Below, in pieces: positions 20,853 through 28,946 of a stretch of DNA of 32,000 nucleotides; the stretch's first letter is position 1; every line of letters begins with the position of its first letter. The notes beneath the pieces were generated by a model. That model was not told where the DNA came from. It did no database searches and worked only from the letters and a program-made list of their open reading frames with translations. The translations under genes were made by a program, and so were the position numbers. This stretch comes from Gammaproteobacteria bacterium (GTDB taxonomy: Bacteria; Pseudomonadota; Gammaproteobacteria; JBIOEC01). The stretch is from positions 1-32,000 of the forward strand of contig OZ257143.1 of assembly GCA_965279305.1 (NCBI GenBank), in the 5' to 3' direction.

Positions 20853-20895
20853 GAAAAAGCCTTTTAATTTATGTTATTTAACGGAAACAAAAAAC

Positions 20896-23004
20896 ATGAC
20901 CAAAACTTGGCAAAATTTAATCGACGAATCAACGCCTAGTGATTTGGAAGCAAACTGGGAAAGTGTAAAAAGAAAACATCAAGCAGAGCTAAGGGATAAA
21001 GCCAAAACTCAATCTAAGAAAAATTTTGATTGTTTAACAGGCTTAGTCTGCGACAATAAAATGATGACCAGCCTTTTAGCCCCTCTCTCAACATTGGCTG
21101 GACAAACCAACGGAACCATTATCCTTAATTGCATATTAGCTATACTGGCAAAATCAAGCTCATTAGCATTAAAAATTGTTGCACTTTATGAATTACAACA
21201 AATTATTACTTTTCCTTCGGAAGGAGGAGATTTAAGTAAATTAAATAATATATTAATTATATTTTTAGCGGTATGGGGATCCTCACGTATTGCCAATGAC
21301 GTTGGCGATTCTTGTTTAACGCTTGCTCAAAGAAGAAACAATTTAAATTTAACCGGAACACAATTATTGTTTGCTAATTTAATGCCTTATGATGTTTTCT
21401 ATAAAAATTTTATGTATATGGATATAGACGGTAGTAAGGGAACTGAGTTAAGAGATGCTGCATTTGTTTCCTGGCGAATTGTACAACTTTACTACCAAGC
21501 ACCAGATTTTCTAAAAAACGTTTTTAGTGTATTTTTTTCTACCGCAGAAGTCATTACCCTTCCTCTTCTTTTTGTGAATACAACTCCTACCACCATTGGG
21601 ATTACACTTGGGGTGGCTGCTATAACTAATTTAGCTGGCGCTGTGATTAGCTCATATCATTCACGCTTAAAATCAGCTCAAGAAGGCGAGCAAGCTAATT
21701 TGCATGTGCAATCCATGAGAAATATTTCCCAGATGCTGAATATAAAAACCTATAACACTTCTTCTGTGGAATTCGGTTATTATGAAAATATTCAAGATGC
21801 ACTAATAAGTACTGGAAGGAAAGTAGAAGGGATTAAATGGACTATGAAAGCAGTCCAGTCTATTATTTTAGCCGTGGTATTTGGCCTAGTATTATCGGAT
21901 TTCGCAAAACGCGCATTAGATCCGGAAGATCTCGAAGTAGAGCTTGGAGATGTTGTTTTCTTGGTTAATTTTTTTCTATTAGTCGTTGCTCCTTTAACAG
22001 CTATTACAGATAGCTGGTTAAATATTGTTTATGAAACATCTACGCTTAATAGAGCACGCTTATTTTTAATAGATGTACGAAAAGCTTTCTCTGATCACTT
22101 AGCTCAAGCATTACCAGAAGACGCAGGCACTTTTCAACAATCCGCACTTTATCAAGGTCAGGCTCCCCTGCCTTTACTTCACCCAAATTTAAAAAACGTT
22201 ATTGTACGATTTAATCATGTCAATTTTGGTTATGGTAGCACTGAAACATTCCAAGATATTAACTTTGAAATTCAAAAAGATGAAGTAGTTGCTCTCTTAG
22301 GACCCAGTGGTATTGGGAAAAGTACCCTGCTCAATCTATTACTGGGAAATTTTAAACCTACTCATGGTGAAGTTCAATATTTTAATGCCGATGGTTACGA
22401 AATCACTTACACAGATGCAGCAAATACGATTGCTACAGTTCCTCAAGATACGTTATATTTTAGCTCCGCTAATTTTTTATATAATATAAAATATGGGCAC
22501 GGACACCCCGATAATTATGCTCGCCCCACTCAAACAGCTATAGATGCAAGAGCCGTTTCTGCAATAGAAAAAAGTTTATTAAAAGATGTTTACGATAGAA
22601 CTGGAAACGGAACATCTGAGGCAAAAGGGCTTTCCGGTGGAGAAAAAAAACGCGTAGGTATTGCTAGAGCCTTGTTACGAACGCCCCGCCTACTTATTTT
22701 AGATGAACCTACAGAAGGACTAGATCCTCCCAATGCTGCCGTAATTATTAATACTTTTAATAATTTGAATGATGGGGGATCACTCGTTATTATTACTCAT
22801 GATATTCCCACTATTAAGAAAGTAAATAAAATTCTATTCGTATATAAAACTGCAGACGGTAAAGTCCATTTAAAACAAGATACTTATGATAATTTAAGTC
22901 ATCCTCAAAAAGGTTTACGTGAATTTAAAGAGTTTATTGCATTGCAAACGGTAGTTTTTCATCCTAAAAAACCCACAGGATCGTTTCAAAATACCCCGAA
23001 ATAG
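20896..23004 (+). CDS. ABC half-transporter (N-terminal TMD + C-terminal ATPase), probable exporter
   Basis: The ORF track gives 20824..23004. I prefer the ATG at 20896 (MTKTWQNL). Multiple hydrophobic helices in residues ~80-420. Walker A GPSGIGKST, Q-loop TVPQD, signature LSGGEKKRVGIARAL, Walker B LLILDEPTEGLD, H-loop IIITHD. Confidence 0.9.
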   Translation: MTKTWQNLIDESTPSDLEANWESVKRKHQAELRDKAKTQSKKNFDCLTGLVCDNKMMTSLLAPLSTLAGQTNGTIILNCILAILAKSSSLALKIVALYELQQIITFPSEGGDLSKLNNILIIFLAVWGSSRIANDVGDSCLTLAQRRNNLNLTGTQLLFANLMPYDVFYKNFMYMDIDGSKGTELRDAAFVSWRIVQLYYQAPDFLKNVFSVFFSTAEVITLPLLFVNTTPTTIGITLGVAAITNLAGAVISSYHSRLKSAQEGEQANLHVQSMRNISQMLNIKTYNTSSVEFGYYENIQDALISTGRKVEGIKWTMKAVQSIILAVVFGLVLSDFAKRALDPEDLEVELGDVVFLVNFFLLVVAPLTAITDSWLNIVYETSTLNRARLFLIDVRKAFSDHLAQALPEDAGTFQQSALYQGQAPLPLLHPNLKNVIVRFNHVNFGYGSTETFQDINFEIQKDEVVALLGPSGIGKSTLLNLLLGNFKPTHGEVQYFNADGYEITYTDAANTIATVPQDTLYFSSANFLYNIKYGHGHPDNYARPTQTAIDARAVSAIEKSLLKDVYDRTGNGTSEAKGLSGGEKKRVGIARALLRTPRLLILDEPTEGLDPPNAAVIINTFNNLNDGGSLVIITHDIPTIKKVNKILFVYKTADGKVHLKQDTYDNLSHPQKGLREFKEFIALQTVVFHPKKPTGSFQNTPK

Positions 23005-23013
23005 CATGAAAGA

Positions 23014-23352
23014 CTAGCACTCTTCAAATGAAAGACCTAGTCTATTTAAAAGAGGCTGTGAATAATTTCCTTCAATGATGGCATCAACATCAAAGGTAAA
23101 ACGTAAAGTAGCAGGATAGCCAATTAATTTTGCGGCATGATTAGGCGGAAGTGGCTGACTCATAAAATCAGATGCCTCCCACAACATCAGTGCGCCCCAA
23201 AGATTATTATCAGGATCAGAAATCCATATTTTTAAACGTAATCCATCAACACTTTCCCAAGGAGAAGTCCATTCATCTTTTAAATGCTGGCGAAGGGATC
23301 CGATGGTTTGATCTGATTTATCTAAATTCCACCAGGCAATAGTTGCTTTCAT
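23014..23352 (-). CDS. Small (112 aa) hypothetical protein, last gene of the phenazine operon; possibly ferredoxin-like/ABM fold
   Basis: Start overlaps the upstream GATase gene stop by 4 nt (translational coupling). The alternating beta/alpha propensity (ATIAWWNL / TIGSLRQHLKDEW / LRLKIWIS..GALMLWE / ATLRFTFDV) is only suggestive. Confidence 0.5.
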   Translation of the reverse strand: MKATIAWWNLDKSDQTIGSLRQHLKDEWTSPWESVDGLRLKIWISDPDNNLWGALMLWEASDFMSQPLPPNHAAKLIGYPATLRFTFDVDAIIEGNYSQPLLNRLGLSFEEC

Positions 23353-24041
23353 AAACTTAAAATCTTTTTTAAATTAGACGACATGATATCGATACCATTA
23401 CGCGAAAGTAATGACTCTGCATGAAATTGTATGGAAAAAAAACGTTTACTACGAAGTGCATGAACTTCATTCAACTCATGATCTCGACAAACTTCAATAA
23501 TTTCACCGCTAGGTGTTGTAATAAAATTTTCTTCACATTGAGCAACATAGGTATTATAAAAACCTAATAACTCACGATTTCCAAAAAGATCCACTTCTCG
23601 CTGAACACCTTGATTAGGAACTGCTCTACGAATTAACTCTAGCCCTAACTCTATACTTAATAGTTGATGGCTTAAACAAACCGCTAGAAAACGATACTGC
23701 TCTTCTAGTAAGCGACGAATCGTAGCACGCATATTAAGAATTCTCGGATCACTAAGGCTTCGAGGATCGCCAGGGCCAGGTCCCATTACTATTAAATCGT
23801 ACTTTTCATTTAATAATAAAAGTTCATGCCATTTGATAAGACTCACTTGCCACCCCAGTGCTTTTAACTGTTGCGCAATCATAGCTGTAAAAGTATCTTC
23901 TGCATCAACCATAATTGCTTTGCGTCCATTAAATTCAGGTTGTATTTTCATACGCAAACTCGGTTCAGAAAGCCAAAAGTTAGCAATACGCTCATTTCTA
24001 TTATTTAATGCGGCTTGTACTATTGCTTGATCTTTAAACAC
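23349..24041 (-). CDS. phzE: PhzE C-terminal part: linker + class-I glutamine amidotransferase domain (separate ORF because of a frame change)
   Basis: 230 aa from GTG. GATase triad context FLAVCLSHQLL (Cys) and IQFHAES (His/Glu). The first ~40 aa look like the inter-domain linker. Overlaps the preceding ORF by 8 nt in a different frame. Confidence 0.85.
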   Translation of the reverse strand: MFKDQAIVQAALNNRNERIANFWLSEPSLRMKIQPEFNGRKAIMVDAEDTFTAMIAQQLKALGWQVSLIKWHELLLLNEKYDLIVMGPGPGDPRSLSDPRILNMRATIRRLLEEQYRFLAVCLSHQLLSIELGLELIRRAVPNQGVQREVDLFGNRELLGFYNTYVAQCEENFITTPSGEIIEVCRDHELNEVHALRSKRFFSIQFHAESLLSRNGIDIMSSNLKKILSL

Positions 24042-25227
24042 AAGAGGTTTCCCTTTTTACATTCATGGCAGCTAACAAAGCCATTGCTTTGGCGTGCGTT
24101 TCTGCTGCTTCAGCTAATGGATCAGAATGACGTACAATAGTTGATCCCACTCCAATACACACTTTTCCCTGGTTACTAATATCGGCTGTTCTAATCAAGA
24201 TAGCAGAATCTAAATGAGAATTTCCAGATTCATCGTAACCCATCACAGCAGCCACACCTGCATAGTAAGCCCGACCTTTAGGTTCATACTTTACAATAAC
24301 CCTACACGCATTTTCTATTGGACTCCCGGTTACTGTAGGAGCAAACATGGTTTCAGTTAATACCATGCGTGGATCACACGTCGTTTCACCCTGAATAAAA
24401 TATTCAGTGTGTGCAAGTCTAGACATTTCTTTTAGAAAAGGGCCCACAACCTTTCCTCCTTCGGGACAAAACCGAGATATCATTTTAAGCTCTTCTTCAA
24501 CCACCATGTAAAGCTCATCTATCTCTTTAGAAGTAGAAAGAAAATTCATTAATCCTTCAATAGTAGGCCCACTTGCTGGATATCGATATGTGCCACTAAT
24601 AGGATTCATCATAGCTATATTATTTTTTAATGAGACATGCATTTCAGGGCTTGCGCCAATAAAAGTACGATCGCCAGTGTGGATTAAAAAAGTCCAATAA
24701 GCTCCTGTTTCATTTTGCAAAAGCGATCTAAATATGGAAAGTGATGTATAAACAGTATAATCCGTAATCTCAGCCATAAACTGTCTTTTAATAACAAAAT
24801 TAGAACCTTCTCCAGCACCAATTTCTTCTTCTATCACTCGACGTGCTATTGCGGCGTAAGCCTGATCATCAATATCAAAATGACCGTTAATAAGATCAAC
24901 CGGTAAATGAGAGATCATTTTTAATAGATCCTGTACAGAAGTAATATCATAACTCTCAATATCCATTACTATCAGAGGGGAATTATCGTTGATGTGTGCA
25001 AATCCACGTTCTCTCAGCTGCCTATAAGGGATCAGAATCAGTGAAGAGAGGGCTTGCCCTAATGGTTTTTTAATTAAAGGAATACCGTTAATAGAATCTG
25101 TTGGGTTAATTTTCCCAGTAATAATTTCCATATTTTCAGCGCCTATCGCGTGAGGACGATGAAGCAAAGCAAAAGGCTTTTTGTTTGCAACACATTGCAA
25201 TACATTATTTAAGCCGGCTTCTATCAC
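24034..25227 (-). CDS. phzE: PhzE N-terminal part: chorismate-utilising (MST/anthranilate-synthase-like) domain, 2-amino-2-deoxyisochorismate synthase
   Basis: 397 aa. [10 protein letters not shown] near the N-terminus as in Pseudomonas PhzE (PFALLYRP). C-terminal chorismate-binding motifs ...[15 protein letters not shown]...DSAILIRTA...[23 protein letters not shown]. Start overlaps the phzD stop (ATGA). Confidence 0.85.
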   Translation of the reverse strand: MIEAGLNNVLQCVANKKPFALLHRPHAIGAENMEIITGKINPTDSINGIPLIKKPLGQALSSLILIPYRQLRERGFAHINDNSPLIVMDIESYDITSVQDLLKMISHLPVDLINGHFDIDDQAYAAIARRVIEEEIGAGEGSNFVIKRQFMAEITDYTVYTSLSIFRSLLQNETGAYWTFLIHTGDRTFIGASPEMHVSLKNNIAMMNPISGTYRYPASGPTIEGLMNFLSTSKEIDELYMVVEEELKMISRFCPEGGKVVGPFLKEMSRLAHTEYFIQGETTCDPRMVLTETMFAPTVTGSPIENACRVIVKYEPKGRAYYAGVAAVMGYDESGNSHLDSAILIRTADISNQGKVCIGVGSTIVRHSDPLAEAAETHAKAMALLAAMNVKRETSCV

Positions 25228-25850
25228 GTTAATACCTCATGCGTAGGAATTACGACAGCACAACATTTAGCCGCATATTTCAATGCCATCAGATGATCGG
25301 CTTGCGTAAAGTCGGCAATAGCATCTGCCACCAGAAAAGTTTCAATATCATTACTAAATGCATCAACCGCCGTCATTAATACACCAATATGAGCATATAC
25401 TCCACAGATAATTAACTGATCACGTCCGGCCTCGCGCATTCGTGATAACAAATTTGATTTATAAAAAGCGCTATAGCGCCATTTAGAAAATATCCAATCT
25501 TCTGGTCGTGGTGTTAATCCTTCAACCACACGCTTATCAATTTCTTCTGCTTTCATTCCCGATCCCCAAAAATCTCTCAAAAGACCTCGTTGTTCGTTTG
25601 TCATATTGCCTGTTTGAGTGGTGTAAGCGATGGGGATCCCTGAATGAATACAACGTTCTCTAATTAACATCGTATTTTTTAATAAATCCTCTCTGGGATT
25701 TTCAAGAGGAATTCTCCTGACAAAATAATCTTGCATATCATGTATCAGTAAGACAGCACGATTGGGATCAACAATCCAAGGCGCTACATTGGTAAATATT
25801 TGAGAAGATACGGGCATAGAATAAGATTCAATTTCTGGAATTCCTGACAT
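25224..25850 (-). CDS. phzD: Isochorismatase PhzD (2-amino-2-deoxyisochorismate hydrolase)
   Basis: 208 aa. Collinear by eye with Pseudomonas PhzD: MSGIPEI..., [73 protein letters not shown]. Confidence 0.93.
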   Translation of the reverse strand: MSGIPEIESYSMPVSSQIFTNVAPWIVDPNRAVLLIHDMQDYFVRRIPLENPREDLLKNTMLIRERCIHSGIPIAYTTQTGNMTNEQRGLLRDFWGSGMKAEEIDKRVVEGLTPRPEDWIFSKWRYSAFYKSNLLSRMREAGRDQLIICGVYAHIGVLMTAVDAFSNDIETFLVADAIADFTQADHLMALKYAAKCCAVVIPTHEVLT

Positions 25851-25887
25851 AATTCAATATATCCTTATTAATTTTCAAGATGAAAAT

Positions 25888-26994
25888 CTATCCAACATTT
25901 ACTTTTTCAGCTCTCTCCATATTATTAGCCGCACTTCCTAAACTTCTACGTGCTGTCACTGCATTAGCTAACATTTCAAGCAAGATAACGCTATCACTCC
26001 AGCCAATACAAGCGTCTGTTATACTTTGTCCATAGGTTAAAGAAGTGGCAGAATTCAGTTTTTGGTTTCCTTCTACTAAATTGCTTTCTATCATAACTCC
26101 TAATAGTCGTTTCTCACCATTTTTTAATTGTTCAGAAATATCTCGTCCTACGTTCATCTGGTAACGATAGTCATTACTGCAATTGCCATGACTAAAATCA
26201 ACCATTATTTTTTCACGCAAACCTACTTCATTCAATTTTTCGCACGCTTCAATTACGCATTCATTTGAGAAATTAGGCTTTTTGCCACCGCGCAATATAA
26301 GATGACAATCTGAGTTTCCCATACTTTCTATTACCGCACTGCAGCCTTCATCCGTAATAGAGAGAAAATGATGAGAAGATTTAGCCGTTAAAATTGCCTT
26401 AATAGCAGGAGACAAATTACCATCAATATTATTTTTAAATCCAACAGGACAAGGAAGACCTGAGGCAAACTCTCTATGTATTTGTGATTCTGCCGTACGA
26501 GCACCTATTCCACCCCACGACACGAGATCGGATAAATAGTTGATGCTAATAGGATTTAAAAACTCAGTAGCGGCTGGCATTCCCATATTGTTTAAGGAGA
26601 GTAACAAGCTTCTAGCCATACTAAAACCCAAATCAATCTCATAGGTTCCATTGAGATTAGGATCATTAATAAGACCTTTCCAACCTAAACTAGTGCGAGG
26701 TTTTTCAAGATACACTCGCATGACTATTAAAAGTTCTTTATTAAGTTTTGTTTTTAGAGTAAGTAGAGACTGCGCATATTGCTCTGCAACCTTAACATCG
26801 TGAATTGAGCAAGGGCCAATAATCACTAATAAGCGATCATCTTCATTATTAAGGATGGCAGAAATTTCAGCACGAGTGCGCGATACTAAACCCGCAGCCG
26901 ATTCAGTAATCGGGTGTTCCTTAAATTTGTCAGAGGGAGATAGCAATTTCTTGATGCAGCGGATTCTTGTGCTTGCTAGTTGAGCCTGCCGCAT
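25888..26994 (-). CDS. DAHP synthase, class I-alpha (AroG/F/H-type), playing the PhzC role in the cluster
   Basis: The ORF track gives 25888..27021. The ATG at 26994 (MRQAQLAS...) has AGGGGA 6 nt upstream and avoids overlap with phzF. Collinear with E. coli AroG: DDRLLVIIGPCSIHD, EKPRTSLGWKGLINDP, WGGIGARTAESQIHRE, CPVGFKN, ILRGGKKPN, SITDACIGW. Confidence 0.93.
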   Translation of the reverse strand: MRQAQLASTRIRCIKKLLSPSDKFKEHPITESAAGLVSRTRAEISAILNNEDDRLLVIIGPCSIHDVKVAEQYAQSLLTLKTKLNKELLIVMRVYLEKPRTSLGWKGLINDPNLNGTYEIDLGFSMARSLLLSLNNMGMPAATEFLNPISINYLSDLVSWGGIGARTAESQIHREFASGLPCPVGFKNNIDGNLSPAIKAILTAKSSHHFLSITDEGCSAVIESMGNSDCHLILRGGKKPNFSNECVIEACEKLNEVGLREKIMVDFSHGNCSNDYRYQMNVGRDISEQLKNGEKRLLGVMIESNLVEGNQKLNSATSLTYGQSITDACIGWSDSVILLEMLANAVTARRSLGSAANNMERAEKVNVG

Positions 26995-27004
26995 AATATA
27001 TCCC

Positions 27005-27901
27005 CTATGCTTCGTAAACATTATTATTTACAGAATTCTCTAATATATTGTTAGCTTTCCATTGTAAAAGCTCTGCTCTAACAACTATTATCGCGGATCC
27101 TGCCACTATCACCGAATGAATTTTCTCTGGAGTTCCAATCGCTTTGGCACGCATGATAGAACGTCTTCCCATTTCCACTCCCTGCCATATTTCTATCCAT
27201 TCATTGAAATGAGCATGACCATGACGGGCAAGATGCAACGCTAGTGGACCTGCAGCCGATCCTGTTGCTGCATCTTCTGCTACTCCATAAGCAGGAGAAA
27301 ACATACGCATTCTCCAATGATCGTTATTATTTGCAAAACAATTAATGGCCACATCAGGGAGTTCTGCTAGAATTTTCAGATCGGGTTTTAGTGCTGAAAG
27401 CGCTGATACACTCGGAAGTCCAACAAAAACATGTCTAGGTCCATTTCTATATATTTCAATAGGAAGAGTAGAAGATTCTATGCCTAAACTTTTTAATACA
27501 CGATCCGCATATTCATAGTTTTCCCATGTAGGTATGGGTTGCTCCATTTGAGCTGAAACAGTTTGACCATCTAAGCCACGTACCAATGTAAATGGAATAA
27601 TACCCATAGCAGTCTCTAGCATTATGCGATTTCCAGAAAAAATTTCTCCTAAAACAATAGCAGTCCCCAGTGTAGGATGACCAGCAAAAGGTAATTCATT
27701 GACGGGTGTAAAAATTCGAACTCTTACATCACCACCTGCTTCAGGAGGAAGAACAAAAGTGGTTTCAGACAAATTTAATTCTTTAGCAATACGCTGCATA
27801 TCACGAGCATCGAGTGAAGAAGCATCAATAAATACAGCAACGGGATTTCCTTCTAAAGGACTATCGGTGAAAACATCCGCAACTACATATTTTAATTTCA
27901 T
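27005..27901 (-). CDS. phzF: Phenazine biosynthesis isomerase PhzF
   Basis: 298 aa. Strong by-eye match to Pseudomonas PhzF: LEGNPVAVF, NLSETTFV (catalytic Glu), RIFTPVNELPFAGHPTLGTA, GPRHVFVGLPSVSALSAL, RMFSPAYGVAEDAATGSAAGPLALHLARHG. Confidence 0.93.
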   Translation of the reverse strand: MKLKYVVADVFTDSPLEGNPVAVFIDASSLDARDMQRIAKELNLSETTFVLPPEAGGDVRVRIFTPVNELPFAGHPTLGTAIVLGEIFSGNRIMLETAMGIIPFTLVRGLDGQTVSAQMEQPIPTWENYEYADRVLKSLGIESSTLPIEIYRNGPRHVFVGLPSVSALSALKPDLKILAELPDVAINCFANNNDHWRMRMFSPAYGVAEDAATGSAAGPLALHLARHGHAHFNEWIEIWQGVEMGRRSIMRAKAIGTPEKIHSVIVAGSAIIVVRAELLQWKANNILENSVNNNVYEA

Positions 27902-27925
27902 ATTTATTGTCCTAATAAAAAATCT

Positions 27926-28285
27926 TCATGCAGGGCTACCCATACCCGGGTGTTCTGCTGGTGGTAAAGCATTACCAGGAGCAGGTGAATGTGATTTATT
28001 ACATTGTTTATATACAACACTCAAGATAAACATAAATCCTACTACTACTCCAGCAATTCCAATTTTTTGATTAACGGGATCATCACTTTGGATGGCTACA
28101 ATACCTAAAAAAACTCCCAGGAGACCAAAAGCCATGCCAACGATTTTCATACGAATATCAAAAGTAGTTTCAGTATTCGCCGTTATTGTATTTTGTAGCT
28201 CTATGCTAGTTCTGGGAGCAGGATCGCCAGGCACTTCTGTGCTATTTCGAGCTGCGTGGTCTGCGAAGGTTGGATAATAATACAT
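27926..28285 (-). CDS. Small membrane protein (119 aa) with two closely spaced TM helices and Pro-rich termini
   Basis: TM1 IVGMAFGLLGVFLGIVAI, short loop QSDDPVNQK, TM2 IGIAGVVVGFMFILSVVY. AAGGAG about 10 nt upstream of the ATG. Preceded by the only large (145-nt) gap in the operon. Confidence 0.55.
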   Translation of the reverse strand: MYYYPTFADHAARNSTEVPGDPAPRTSIELQNTITANTETTFDIRMKIVGMAFGLLGVFLGIVAIQSDDPVNQKIGIAGVVVGFMFILSVVYKQCNKSHSPAPGNALPPAEHPGMGSPA

Positions 28286-28430
28286 AAATCTTTAACTCCT
28301 TTACCTTAAGTTTATCTGTTAAAACATGAATGTCAACAAACATTAAGCAAGGATCCATGACTATTCTATTTTGAAGAATAATGTCTCCTATATTGGTTGA
28401 ATCAAATAGTGAAACCATAATTAAATTTTT

Positions 28431-28919
28431 CTACGAAGGAAGGCCTTCTCTTTTTATTTTCGGAATGGAGATACCCAACGCTAGCATTTGATTATAAGGA
28501 TTCATAAACTCTCTATTTTGTTTAATTTTACCATTACACATTAAAAATGAATGTATAAAATGATTGCTGTAATAGCCAGGAGGATATCCTGGAAAAAGAA
28601 TTTTTCCCTCTCCATCGCATTCCACCCAAAATCTGTTCGGATCTTGAGTATCAAATACTTGAACATTTTTCCATTCCCAATCAGGAAAACATTTCAAAGA
28701 CCATTCACCATGCTTTCTTAAACCCTCATGCCCATGAGTAACAAGCGGTTGCATAGTGTCATTCGTCCATAAACCACCACTTCCATCTTCAGTAAATAAT
28801 TGATAACGAGTTAAACGGCCTTCCCCTTTTCGACTCATATAATCTTGAACCACGAGTCTGTTTCGATACCGAAGATCATTATCGGTATCAATACTTTTAT
28901 CCAACGTTTCTGTATCCAT
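28431..28919 (-). CDS. phzB: Phenazine biosynthesis protein PhzA/B (single copy)
   Basis: 162 aa. Collinear with Pseudomonas PhzB as I remember it: LRYRNRLVVQDYM, CFPDWEWKNVQVFDTQDPNRFWVECDGEGK, GYPPGYYSNHFIHSF, GKIKQNREFMNP, IPKIKREGLPS. Confidence 0.92.
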   Translation of the reverse strand: MDTETLDKSIDTDNDLRYRNRLVVQDYMSRKGEGRLTRYQLFTEDGSGGLWTNDTMQPLVTHGHEGLRKHGEWSLKCFPDWEWKNVQVFDTQDPNRFWVECDGEGKILFPGYPPGYYSNHFIHSFLMCNGKIKQNREFMNPYNQMLALGISIPKIKREGLPS

Positions 28920-28946
28920 GATGAGCTCCTTGATTTATGATTAATA

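Noticed and set aside
20824-20895. TTG-initiated 24-codon extension of the ABC transporter ORF
   Set aside because: The TTG coincides with the -35 hexamer of the best promoter match. The ATG at 20896 lies downstream of the predicted transcription start.
15118-20895. Mobile-element boundaries (integrase, IS, direct repeats, tRNA-adjacent insertion) for the accessory island
   Set aside because: I could not find any transposase or integrase ORF, or flanking repeats, by eye. The tRNA-Trp is separated from the island by tuf. The island call therefore rests only on gene content and composition.
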